This document shows, piece after piece, positions 29,701 through 40,200 of a stretch of DNA of 64,000 nucleotides; within the stretch, counting starts at the first letter, position 1; each line of letters begins with the position of its first letter. This DNA comes from Dudresnaya verticillata (Eukaryota): NCBI GenBank assembly GCA_977862235.1, contig OZ374565.1:2294001-2358000 (forward strand), in the 5' to 3' direction. A model generated the notes under the pieces. The model was not told the DNA's origin. It saw nothing but the letters and a program-made list of their open reading frames with translations, and made no database searches. Made by a program: the position numbers and the translations under genes.

Positions 29701-31352
29701 GGACCCCGCGCAACGGGTGGGGTTTGCGCAGTTGGTACCTCTCGAGTAGCAGGTACCGGTGCAGGAGGCGGCTCCTGGCTGTCCGGGATTCGTCGCGGGG
29801 CTGGCAGGATATCGTCCGCTGGCTCGCCGTCCTCGGGTTGCGTCTCCGTGACCGCGTCCAGAGCAGGAGACTGTGATGGCGCGGCTACAGTTTCTTCACG
29901 GCTCGGTGTCGTCAATTGGTTGGACGGGACGTGGGAGAACGCCGGAGTGCGAGTAGCGGGACATGCGCTGCAATTCTTGTACCGCATACTGTACATGCCT
30001 TCACTGTTCATGCGGGAGCTACAGTGGGTGGGCATGTACTTGTTGTGAGTCACACAGTACCATACTCCATAGTCCAGGAGCTGCTGCTTGAGAGGCTCGA
30101 TGTCGGTCCTCGTCGGTGGTCCTCGCCTGCCAGGAACATGCATCTTCCGCAGGTGCATGAGTAGCGCTTCTACAGTAGGCAGTGAGGACGACTGGCAGCC
30201 CAGAGGACAGCTGGTACTGTTTGTCGGGCGGTGTTTTGCCGAAGGCATAAAGCATGGAGAGAGCCATACCTTCGGCATGTCGGGGTGCTGCTGACCAATC
30301 ATGGTTACAGCGCTGGGTAAGGTACCTGTAAAGGTCCTCTACAGTAGGTTCCCACGGGGCACAGGCCTCCTAACCGGGACGCAAGCCTGTCGTCCGTCGT
30401 CAGTCTGTTCGGGACACCTCCAGAGGGTGCTACAGGTGGCCTTGCTGCGAGATGAGGGCCTCTTCGCAGCGTAGGGCGCGAGATCGCGCACTTTGCGCAC
30501 GAGCTCGCGCAAAAGGGCGCGCGTGTTAGCGTTCGTGCGCGCAGAGTTATCGGACGTTCCCTTCCCTGCCGCAGCTGAGAAGACTCTCTTCACTGCGGTC
30601 CTGTAACGCGCGGTACTTCTCGTTTGCACAAGCTCTCAATGGGGTCGCAGAACCACCGTCTACCTGTGAGTGCCCACAGGATTTTTGGCCTCCCCCGAAG
30701 GTTCGCTGGCAGGACGTTCGCTCGATCTTAGAAGGGGTGGTTTCAAAACAGGATCCACCAGGCTTAAGCCACGTTACCCCAACTTCGACGTTGCTTGGCA
30801 CGTTTCTGCGATGAGCTTGTGGGTCACGAGCCGCCTACCACTCAAGGTCGAGGGTCTTTGGCGATTCCCACACTTGTAGGTCTCTCGGCACTTCCCGAAG
30901 GAAGATTTTACAGGACAAGCCTGGCCTTTACCAATCTGTCAGTTGAAGGGTGTGAAACCCCTCTGTCGACAGTCCACGGCAGCCTAGACAGAGTCTAGGC
31001 TGTGCCGGGTACAAGCAAAACGCGTACAGGGCCAGGGAAAGAAAGATAAGTCAGTGGGGCCCGGGCAAATTTCAAGGTGAGGGATCACCTTAAAAGTAAG
31101 CGCAAAATAGGAAACGCGTGACCGTCGGCGACGACGGCGGCGGCGACGGCGGCGACGACGACGGCGTCGCGGCGCAGATCGGCGGCGCGGAAAGAGACAA
31201 AAGTAGACCGCGCTCGCCCGCCCGCGAAGGTGAAGGGCTGAAAAACCCCGCACCGACGCGCCGTCGCGCGCTCGAACAGGCGGCACCGCCGCCGAAAAGA
31301 TCGGTGCAGAACTTGTTGAGATATCCGCGAAACAAAAATTTCGGCAGATCGC
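26713..31352 (-). mobile_element. Copy E6: full-length (subfamily C)
   Basis: 5' junction GATCGC-TGAGGTGAG. Confidence 0.95.
26814..30302 (-). CDS. ZnF-RT-CCHC-RLE protein, 1162 aa
   Basis: Intact ORF, same motifs. Confidence 0.95.
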   Translation of the reverse strand: MIGQQHPDMPKVWLSPCFMPSAKHRPTNSTSCPLGCQSSSLPTVEALLMHLRKMHVPGRRGPPTRTDIEPLKQQLLDYGVWYCVTHNKYMPTHCSSRMNSEGMYSMRYKNCSACPATRTPAFSHVPSNQLTTPSREETVAAPSQSPALDAVTETQPEDGEPADDILPAPRRIPDSQEPPPAPVPATREVPTAQTPPVARGPGGQLLPAVEDICRSHIPMVTHIPSRVRAEVRDALSKTVWAFTNATNSQEATKELTAFLLFPAAVLSNPPAASARASASTSASSIGTFRDRIRRWGLKDYDALWQEALKGSTFREQTAPSAEEQRRINASRALRLAKEGAYSKAAAALDSDGIAPATDSVIQSMKDKHPQSVPQTDADHELDQSEPLPTMPDFVPFTADEVRKAVAKFPRASASGGTGLSPTHLQELLSVPTTHEHTGLLGGLTKMVNVLASGAGPAELSPWIASAPLTALKKRTGGVRPIAVGETIRRLVSSMLMTRVAPKAKAYLEPLQLGVATSGGTEAIVHAVRKLQKSHGHDKSYGLLQVDLKNAFNLVSRKAFMKEVRRHMPELLPWVRYCYDSEGPHLWMGDTLLRSVTGVQQGDPLGPLLFALVLQALIKQLKELTADLRRSGRNQQAEGANNLLLSLFYLDDGVIVAKHAVLRKVLSFFDSEEAKGYGFHLRMDKCTVWWPTAPDPEDCAAYPSDLGQSYGEGTTVLQAPIGTQNYMEESVNGHVESIQPLLDAISGLEDLHVAITLLRNCAGVCRLNYLLRVVPSSATAKGAELFDQKIEACMRKLVGGVLPRDTFRELQLPLRTKEPSFGIGISGAGDMNSSAFLASLSLTRNLLRSILPASVNTALSDDPFAVEAHEDWSAKCHSEDALDLEKIDSDECPRQRDLTRLVLKKVQAELPLGDRRTQAFRASLGVPGAKDWLKCQPAPGMKTYIADRDYRVWLRFYCRIPLLEPDTECPRAGCKKMMDVHGDHLLICPNGMRNSGSPRSWRHDSQVRLLASDLKRATRTPIVEPRPVGAHLDRPDIKALGTEGGTDYLDVTISHPLSSEQRILSCITNPQGTLKNAHADKVRTYRGFIQAAGPGARLVPVPMTTLGGWHPEAHKYMQELADTVASRAMVTRGVSRAALFHRHAARLVQNNVKCLMEGIQQEV

Positions 31353-31361
31353 TGAGGTGAG

Positions 31362-31595
31362 TTCAACTTTATAACAGGTGACCATATTCTAATATTTGTC
31401 GACGTACAATCTACTGTAGTATCACAACAAAGTTAAACCCCAACTCAAAACAACCTGCACATCTACACCTCCTGTTGGATCCCTTCCATCAGGCACTTGA
31501 CGTTGTTCTGCACCAGTCGCGCCGCGTGCCTGTGGAACAGAGCCGCTCGCGAAACACCGCGAGTTACCATGGCCCGAGAAGCCACAGTATCCGCC
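31362..31595 (-). mobile_element. Copy E7: severely 5'-truncated (234 bp; 3' UTR plus last ~44 codons)
   Basis: Element 3' end up to GTATCCGCC, then AGGTGAG (31596-31602) and the next copy. Confidence 0.93.
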
Positions 31596-31602
31596 AGGTG
31601 AG

Positions 31603-34600
31603 TTCAACTTTATAACAGGTGACCATATTCTAATATTTGTCGACGTACAATCTACTGTAGTATCACAACAAAGTTAAACCCCAACTCAAAACAACCTGCA
31701 CATCTACACCTCCTGTTGGATCCCTTCCATCAGGCACTTGACGTTGTTCTGCACCAGTCGCGCCGCGTGCCTGTGGAACAGAGCCGCTCGCGAAACACCG
31801 CGAGTTACCATGGCCCGAGAAGCCACGGTATCCGCCAACTCTTGCATATACTTGTGCGCCTCCGGGTGCCAGCCACCTAGTGTGGTCATCGGCACCGGCA
31901 CAAGCCTTGCCCCCGGTCCGGCAGCCTGGATGAAGCCACGATAAGTCCGCACCTTGTCAGCGTGGGCGTTCTTCAGCGTCCCTTGCGGGTTTGTTATGCA
32001 GCTGAGAATGCGTTGTTCTGACGACAGTGGGTGACTGATTGTGACGTCCAGGTAGTCCGTTCCTCCTTCTGTTCCAAGCGCCTTGATGTCCGGCCGATCC
32101 AAGTGAGCCCCCACAGGGCGGGGCTCCACAATCGGGGTGCGTGTCGCACGTTTCAGATCCGAAGCCAGCAGACGAACCTGAGAGTCGTGGCGCCACGACC
32201 GAGGAGATCCGCTGTTCCGCATGCCGTTCGGACAAATCAGCAGATGGTCGCCGTGAACATCCATCATCTTCTTGCACCCGGCCCGAGGACACTCCGTGTC
32301 GGGTTCCAGCAGTGGAATCCGACAGTAGAATCGAAGCCATACGCGGTAGTCCCGATCCGCAATGTACGTCTTCATGCCTGGTGCCGGCTGGCACTTGAGC
32401 CAGTCCTTGGCGCCCGGCACGCCAAGGGAAGCTCGGAAAGCTTGCGTCCGCCTGTCCCCGAGCGGCAGCTCGGCTTGCACTTTCTTCAGAACCAACCGCG
32501 TCAAGTCCCGCTGGCGCGGGCACTCGTCGCTGTCGATCTTCTCCAGGTCCAGGGCATCCTCACTATGGCACTTGGCGCTCCAGTCTTCGTGCGCTTCTAC
32601 TGCAAAAGGATCGTCAGAAAGAGCAGTGTTCACAGAAGCGGGTAAGATAGAACGCAGTAAGTTGCGGGTCAGTGAAAGGGACGCCAAAAACGCGCTCGAG
32701 TTCATGTCGCCAGCTCCCGAAATACCGATTCCGAAGCTGGGCTCTTTCGTGCGCAGGGGAAGCTGAAGTTCGCGGAAGGTGTCCCTCGGTAGGACTCCTC
32801 CCACGAGCTTGCGCATGCAAGCCTCAATCTTCTGGTCGAAGAGCTCGGCGCCCTTTGCCGTGGCGGATGATGGAACTACTCGCAGCAGGTAGTTCAGCCG
32901 GCAGACTCCGGCACAGTTGCGGAGTAGAGTGATGGCCACGTGTAGGTCTTCTAGTCCCGAAATTGCGTCCAGCAGGGGCTGGATGGACTCGACATGGCCA
33001 TTCACGCTCTCCTCCATGTAGTTCTGCGTTCCAATCGGAGCCTGAAGTACTGTAGTGCCTTCTCCGTAGCTCTGCCCAAGATCCGACGGGTAGGCAGCGC
33101 AGTCTTCTGGGTCGGGTGCAGTAGGCCACCAAACAGTACACTTGTCCATGCGCAGGTGGAAGCCATAGCCCTTAGCTTCCTCGGAGTCAAAGAAGGACAG
33201 AACCTTCCTGAGTACGGCGTGTTTCGCCACGATGACGCCGTCGTCCAGGTAGAACAGTGACAGCAGCAAGTTGTTCGCCCCCTCCGCTTGCTGATTGCGG
33301 CCCGAGCGCCGCAGGTCGGCGGTGAGTTCCTTCAACTGTTTGATCAGTGCCTGCAGCACCAAAGCAAACAGTAACGGCCCGAGCGGGTCACCTTGCTGTA
33401 CACCAGTGACACTCCGCAGTAGAGTGTCACCCATCCACAGGTGCGGGCCCTCAGAGTCATAACAGTATCTGACCCACGGTAGTAGTTCAGGCATATGTCG
33501 GCGGACCTCCTTCATGAATGCTTTGCGGCTGACAAGGTTGAAGGCATTCTTCAAGTCCACTTGTAGCAACCCGTAGGACTTGTCATGGCCGTGAGACTTC
33601 TGCAGCTTCCGGACCGCGTGTACAATGGCTTCTGTGCCGCCCGAGGTTGCGACCCCGAGCTGAAGCGGTTCGAGGTATGCCTTGGCCTTGGGAGCGACTC
33701 TGGTCATGAGCATAGAGCTCACGAGTCGTCGGATTGTCTCTCCTACAGCAATGGGGCGGACACCGCCGGTGCGCTTCTTCAGAGCCGTGAGAGGAGCGCT
33801 GGCAATCCAAGGCGACAGCTCCGCAGGTCCTGCGCCGCTGGCCAGCACGTTGACCATTTTGGTGAGCCCGCCAAGCAGGCCCGTGTGCTCGTGAGTGGTC
33901 GGGACTGAGAGCAGTTCCTGCAGATGGGTCGGTGATAGTCCTGTTCCCCCCGAGGCCGAAGCCCGGGGGAACTTGGCCACTGCTTTTCGTACTTCGTCGG
34001 CTGTGAAAGGCACGAAGTCAGGCATGGTCGGCAGCGGTTCGGACTGGTCAAGCTCGTGGTCCGCGTCGGTTTGCGGTACGGACTGCGGGTGCTTGTCCTT
34101 CATGGACTGTATCACAGAGTCTGTGGCTGGGGCGATTCCATCAGAGTCTAGAGCTGCTGCTGCCTTACTGTAGGCGCCCTCCTTTGCAAGGCGAAGGGCT
34201 CGTGAGGCATTGATACGGCGTTGCTCTTCTGCGGAAGGCGCAGTCTGCTCACGGAATGTCGAGCCCTTCAAGGCCTCCTGCCATAGGGCGTCGTAATCCT
34301 TGAGTCCCCAGCGTCGGATTCGATCGCGGAAGGTGCCGATCGAGGACGCAGAGGTTGACGCGCTGGCCCTTGCACTCGCGGCGGGAGGATTGGACAAGAC
34401 GGCTGCTGGAAAAAGCAGGAATGCAGTGAGCTCTTTGGTGGCTTCCTGAGAGTTGGTTGTGTTCGTAAAAGCCCATACCGTCTTGGACAGTGCGTCGCGC
34501 ACCTCGGCGCGGACGCGAGACGGTATATGTGTGACCATAGGGATATGCGAGCGACAGATGTCTTCGACCGCCGGCAGAAGCTGCCCTCCTGGACCCCGCG

Positions 34601-36246
34601 CAACGGGTGGGGTTTGCGCAGTTGGTACCTCTCGAGTAGCAGGTACCGGTGCAGGAGGCGGCTCCTGGCTGTCCGGGATTCGTCGCGGGGCTGGCAGGAT
34701 ATCGTCCGCTGGCTCGCCGTCCTCGGGTTGCGTCTCCGTGACCGCGTCCAGAGCAGGAGACTGTGATGGCGCGGCTACAGTTTCTTCACGGCTCGGTGTC
34801 GTCAATTGGTTGGACGGGACGTGGGAGAACGCCGGAGTGCGAGTAGCGGGACATGCGCTGCAATTCTTGTACCGCATACTGTACATGCCTTCACTGTTCA
34901 TGCGGGAGCTACAGTGGGTGGGCATGTACTTGTTGTGAGTCACACAGTACCATACTCCATAGTCCAGGAGCTGCTGCTTGAGAGGCTCGATGTCGGTCCT
35001 CGTCGGTGGTCCTCGCCTGCCAGGAACATGCATCTTCCGCAGGTGCATGAGTAGCGCTTCTACAGTAGGCAGTGAGGACGACTGGCAGCCCAGAGGACAG
35101 CTGGTACTGTTTGTCGGGCGGTGTTTTGCCGAAGGCATAAAGCATGGAGAGAGCCATACCTTCGGCATGTCGGGGTGCTGCTGACCAATCATGGTTACAG
35201 CGCTGGGTAAGGTACCTGTAAAGGTCCTCTACAGTAGGTTCCCACGGGGCACAGGCCTCCTAACCGGGACGCAAGCCTGTCGTCCGTCGTCAGTCTGTTC
35301 GGGACACCTCCAGAGGGTGCTACAGGTGGCCTTGCTGCGAGATGAGGGCCTCTTCGCAGCGTAGGGCGCGAGATCGCGCACTTTGCGCACGAGCTCGCGC
35401 AAAAGGGCGCGCGTGTTAGCGTTCGTGCGCGCAGAGTTATCGGACGTTCCCTTCCCTGCCGCAGCTGAGAAGACTCTCTTCACTGCGGTCCTGTAACGCG
35501 CGGTACTTCTCGTTTGCACAAGCTCTCAATGGGGTCGCAGAACCACCGTCTACCTGTGAGTGCCCACAGGATTTTTGGCCTCCCCCGAAGGTTCGCTGGC
35601 AGGACGTTCGCTCGATCTTAGAAGGGGTGGTTTCAAAACAGGATCCACCAGGCTTAAGCCACGTTACCCCAACTTCGACGTTGCTTGGCACGTTTCTGCG
35701 ATGAGCTTGTGGGTCACGAGCCGCCTACCACTCAAGGTCGAGGGTCTTTGGCGATTCCCACACTTGTAGGTCTCTCGGCACTTCCCGAAGGAAGATTTTA
35801 CAGGACAAGCCTGGCCTTTACCAATCTGTCAGTTGAAGGGTGTGAAACCCCTCTGTCGACAGTCCACGGCAGCCTAGACAGAGTCTAGGCTGTGCCGGGT
35901 ACAAGCAAAACGCGTACAGGGCCAGGGAAAGAAAGATAAGTCAGTGGGGCCCGGGCAAATTTCAAGGTGAGGGATCACCTTAAAAGTAAGCGCAAAATAG
36001 GAAACGCGTGACCGTCGGCGACGACGGCGGCGGCGACGGCGGCGACGACGACGGCGTCGCGGCGCAGATCGGCGGCGCGGAAAGAGACAAAAGTAGACCG
36101 CGCTCGCCCGCCCGCGAAGGTGAAGGGCTGAAAAACCCCGCACCGACGCGCCGTCGCGCGCTCGAACAGGCGGCACCGCCGCCGAAAAGATCGGTGCAGA
36201 ACTTGCTGAGAAATCTCCGAAACAAAAAATTCGGCAGATCGCGAGG
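31603..36246 (-). mobile_element. Copy E8: full-length (subfamily C)
   Basis: 5' junction GATCGCGAGG-GGTTCTCCC-AGGTGAG. Confidence 0.95.
31704..35192 (-). CDS. ZnF-RT-CCHC-RLE protein, 1162 aa
   Basis: Intact ORF, same motifs. Confidence 0.95.
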   Translation of the reverse strand: MIGQQHPDMPKVWLSPCFMPSAKHRPTNSTSCPLGCQSSSLPTVEALLMHLRKMHVPGRRGPPTRTDIEPLKQQLLDYGVWYCVTHNKYMPTHCSSRMNSEGMYSMRYKNCSACPATRTPAFSHVPSNQLTTPSREETVAAPSQSPALDAVTETQPEDGEPADDILPAPRRIPDSQEPPPAPVPATREVPTAQTPPVARGPGGQLLPAVEDICRSHIPMVTHIPSRVRAEVRDALSKTVWAFTNTTNSQEATKELTAFLLFPAAVLSNPPAASARASASTSASSIGTFRDRIRRWGLKDYDALWQEALKGSTFREQTAPSAEEQRRINASRALRLAKEGAYSKAAAALDSDGIAPATDSVIQSMKDKHPQSVPQTDADHELDQSEPLPTMPDFVPFTADEVRKAVAKFPRASASGGTGLSPTHLQELLSVPTTHEHTGLLGGLTKMVNVLASGAGPAELSPWIASAPLTALKKRTGGVRPIAVGETIRRLVSSMLMTRVAPKAKAYLEPLQLGVATSGGTEAIVHAVRKLQKSHGHDKSYGLLQVDLKNAFNLVSRKAFMKEVRRHMPELLPWVRYCYDSEGPHLWMGDTLLRSVTGVQQGDPLGPLLFALVLQALIKQLKELTADLRRSGRNQQAEGANNLLLSLFYLDDGVIVAKHAVLRKVLSFFDSEEAKGYGFHLRMDKCTVWWPTAPDPEDCAAYPSDLGQSYGEGTTVLQAPIGTQNYMEESVNGHVESIQPLLDAISGLEDLHVAITLLRNCAGVCRLNYLLRVVPSSATAKGAELFDQKIEACMRKLVGGVLPRDTFRELQLPLRTKEPSFGIGISGAGDMNSSAFLASLSLTRNLLRSILPASVNTALSDDPFAVEAHEDWSAKCHSEDALDLEKIDSDECPRQRDLTRLVLKKVQAELPLGDRRTQAFRASLGVPGAKDWLKCQPAPGMKTYIADRDYRVWLRFYCRIPLLEPDTECPRAGCKKMMDVHGDHLLICPNGMRNSGSPRSWRHDSQVRLLASDLKRATRTPIVEPRPVGAHLDRPDIKALGTEGGTDYLDVTISHPLSSEQRILSCITNPQGTLKNAHADKVRTYRGFIQAAGPGARLVPVPMTTLGGWHPEAHKYMQELADTVASRAMVTRGVSRAALFHRHAARLVQNNVKCLMEGIQQEV

Positions 36247-36262
36247 GGTTCTCCCAGGTGAG

Positions 36263-37215
36263 TTCAACTTTATAACAGGTGACCATATTCTAATATTTGT
36301 CGACGTACAATCTACTGTAGTATCACAACAAAGTTAAACCCCAACTCAAAACAACCTGCACATCTACACCTCCTGTTGGATCCCTTCCATCAGGCACTTG
36401 ACGTTGTTCTGCACCAGTCGCGCCGCGTGCCTGTGGAACAGAGCCGCTCGCGAAACACCGCGAGTTACCATGGCCCGAGAAGCCACGGTATCCGCCAACT
36501 CTTGCATATACTTGTGCGCCTCCGGGTGCCAGCCACCTAGTGTGGTCATCGGCACCGGCACAAGCCTTGCCCCCGGTCCGGCAGCCTGGATGAAGCCACG
36601 GTAAGTCCGCACCTTGTCAGCGTGGGCGTTCTTCAGCGTCCCTTGCGGGTTTGTTATGCAGCTGAGAATGCGTTGTTCTGACGACAGTGGATGACTGATT
36701 GTGACGTCCAGGTAGTCCGTTCCTCCTTCTGTTCCAAGCGCCTTGATGTCCGGCCGATCCAAGTGAGCCCCCACAGGGCGGGGCTCCACAATCGGGGTGC
36801 GTGTCGCACGTTTCAGATCCGAAGCCAGCAGACGAACCTGAGAGTCGTGGCGCCACGACCGAGGAGATCCGCTGTTCCGCATGCCGTTCGGACAAATCAG
36901 CAGATGGTCGCCGTGAACATCCATCATCTTCTTGCACCCGGCCCGAGGACACTCCGTGTCGGGTTCCAGCAGTGGAATCCGACAGTAGAATCGAAGCCAT
37001 ACGCGGTAGTCCCGATCCGCAATGTACGTCTTCATGCCTGGTGCCGGCTGGCACTTGAGCCAGTCCTTGGCGCCCGGCACGCCAAGGGAAGCTCGGAAAG
37101 CTTGCGTCCGCCTGTCCCCGAGCGGCAGCTCGGCTTGCACTTTCTTCAGAACCAACCGCGTCAAGTCCCGCTGGCGCGGGCACTCGTCGCTGTCGATCTT
37201 CTCCAGGTCCAGGGC
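36263..37215 (-). mobile_element. Copy E9: 5'-truncated (953 bp; only CCHC/RLE coding part plus 3' UTR)
   Basis: Element similarity ends at ...TCCAGGGC, then AGGTGAG and 5S 3' sequence. Confidence 0.93.
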
Positions 37216-37222
37216 AGGTGAG

Positions 37223-37250
37223 GGATCACTCTGGAATCGCCAGTGCCGAA
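37223..37250 (+). pseudogene. 5S: Orphan 5S rRNA fragment (nt 90-117) between two elements
   Basis: GGATCACTCTGGAATCGCCAGTGCCGAA, preceded by AGGTGAG and followed by CCTCGAGGTGAG. No terminator, spacer or 5' half follows. Confidence 0.88.
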
Positions 37251-37262
37251 CCTCGAGGTGAG

Positions 37263-40200
37263 TTCAACTTTATAACAGGTGACCATATTCTAATATTTGT
37301 CGACGTACAATCTACTGTAGTATCACAACAAAGTTAAACCCCAACTCAAAACAACCTGCACATCTACACCTCCTGTTGGATCCCTTCCATCAGGCACTTG
37401 ACGTTGTTCTGCACCAGTCGCGCCGCGTGCCTGTGGAACAGAGCCGCTCGCGAAACACCGCGAGTTACCATGGCCCGAGAAGCCACGGTATCCGCCAACT
37501 CTTGCATATACTTGTGCGCCTCCGGGTGCCAGCCACCTAGTGTGGTCATCGGCACCGGCACAAGCCTTGCCCCCGGTCCGGCAGCCTGGATGAAGCCACG
37601 GTAAGTCCGCACCTTGTCAGCGTGGGCGTTCTTCAGCGTCCCTTGCGGGTTTGTTATGCAGCTGAGAATGCGTTGTTCTGACGACAGTGGATGACTGATT
37701 GTGACGTCCAGGTAGTCCGTTCCTCCTTCTGTTCCAAGCGCCTTGATGTCCGGCCGATCCAAGTGAGCCCCCACAGGGCGGGGCTCCACAATCGGGGTGC
37801 GTGTCGCACGTTTCAGATCCGAAGCCAGCAGACGAACCTGAGAGTCGTGGCGCCACGACCGAGGAGATCCGCTGTTCCGCATGCCGTTCGGACAAATCAG
37901 CAGATGGTCGCCGTGAACATCCATCATCTTCTTGCACCCGGCCCGAGGACACTCCGTGTCGGGTTCCAGCAGTGGAATCCGACAGTAGAATCGAAGCCAT
38001 ACGCGGTAGTCCCGATCCGCAATGTACGTCTTCATGCCTGGTGCCGGCTGGCACTTGAGCCAGTCCTTGGCGCCCGGCACGCCAAGGGAAGCTCGGAAAG
38101 CTTGCGTCCGCCTGTCCCCGAGCGGCAGCTCGGCTTGCACTTTCTTCAGAACCAACCGCGTCAAGTCCCGCTGGCGCGGGCACTCGTCGCTGTCGATCTT
38201 CTCCAGGTCCAGGGCATCCTCACTATGGCACTTGGCGCTCCAGTCTTCGTGCGCTTCTACTGCAAAAGGATCTTCAGAAAGAGCAGTGTTCACAGAAGCG
38301 GGTAAGATAGAACGCAGTAAGTTGCGGGTCAGTGAAAGGGACGCCAAAAACGCGCTCGAGTTCATGTCGCCAGCTCCCGAAATACCGATTCCGAAGCTGG
38401 GCTCTTTCGTGCGCAGGGGAAGCTGAAGTTCGCGGAAGGTGTCCCTCGGTAGGACTCCTCCCACGAGCTTGCGCATGCAAGCCTCAATCTTCTGGTCGAA
38501 GAGCTCGGCGCCCTTTGCCGTGGCGGATGATGGAACTACTCGCAGCAGGTAGTTCAGCCGGCAGACTCCGGCACAGTTGCGGAGTAGAGTGATGGCCACG
38601 TGTAGGTCTTCTAGTCCCGAAATTGCGTCCAGCAGGGGCTGGATGGACTCGACATGGCCATTCACGCTCTCCTCCATGTAGTTCTGCGTTCCAATCGGAG
38701 CCTGAAGTACTGTAGTGCCTTCTCCGTAGCTCTGCCCAAGATCCGACGGGTAGGCAGCGCAGTCTTCTGGGTCGGGTGCAGTAGGCCACCAAACAGTACA
38801 CTTGTCCATGCGCAGGTGGAAGCCATAGCCCTTAGCTTCCTCGGAGTCAAAGAAGGACAGAACCTTCCTGAGTACGGCGTGTTTCGCCACGATGACGCCG
38901 TCGTCCAGGTAGAACAGTGACAGCAGCAAGTTGTTCGCCCCCTCCGCTTGCTGATTGCGGCCCGAGCGCCGCAGGTCGGCGGTGAGTTCCTTCAACTGTT
39001 TGATCAGTGCCTGCAGCACCAAAGCAAACAGTAACGGCCCGAGCGGGTCACCTTGCTGTACACCAGTGACACTCCGCAGTAGAGTGTCACCCATCCACAG
39101 GTGCGGGCCCTCAGAGTCATAACAGTATCTGACCCACGGTAGTAGTTCAGGCATATGTCGGCGGACCTCCTTCATGAATGCTTTGCGGCTGACAAGGTTG
39201 AAGGCATTCTTCAAGTCCACTTGTAGCAACCCGTAGGACTTGTCATGGCCGTGAGACTTCTGCAGCTTCCGGACCGCGTGTACAATCGCTTCTGTGCCGC
39301 CCGAGGTTGCGACCCCGAGCTGAAGCGGTTCGAGGTATGCCTTGGCCTTGGGAGCGACTCTGGTCATGAGCATAGAGCTCACGAGTCGTCGGATTGTCTC
39401 TCCTACAGCAATGGGGCGGACACCGCCGGTGCGCTTCTTCAGAGCCGTGAGAGGAGCGCTGGCAATCCAAGGCGACAGCTCCGCAGGTCCTGCGCCGCTG
39501 GCCAGCACGTTGACCATTTTGGTGAGCCCGCCAAGCAGGCCCGTGTGCTCGTGAGTGGTCGGGACTGAGAGCAGTTCCTGCAGATGGGTCGGTGATAGTC
39601 CTGTTCCCCCCGAGGCCGAAGCCCGGGGGAACTTGGCCACTGCTTTTCGTACTTCGTCGGCTGTGAAAGGCACGAAGTCAGGCATGGTCGGCAGCGGTTC
39701 GGACTGGTCAAGCTCGTGGTCCGCGTCGGTTTGCGGTACGGACTGCGGGTGCTTGTCCTTCATGGACTGTATCACAGAGTCTGTGGCTGGGGCGATTCCA
39801 TCAGAGTCTAGAGCTGCTGCTGCCTTACTGTAGGCGCCCTCCTTTGCAAGGCGAAGGGCTCGTGAGGCATTGATACGGCGTTGCTCTTCTGCGGAAGGCG
39901 CAGTCTGCTCACGGAATGTCGAGCCCTTCAAGGCCTCCTGCCATAGGGCGTCGTAATCCTTGAGTCCCCAGCGTCGGATTCGATCGCGGAAGGTGCCGAT
40001 CGAGGACGCAGAGGTTGACGCGCTGGCCCTTGCACTCGCGGCGGGAGGATTGGACAAGACGGCTGCTGGAAAAAGCAGGAATGCAGTGAGCTCTTTGGTG
40101 GCTTCCTGAGAGTTGGTTGCGTTCGTAAAAGCCCATACCGTCTTGGACAGTGCGTCGCGCACCTCGGCGCGGACGCGAGACGGTATATGTGTGACCATAG

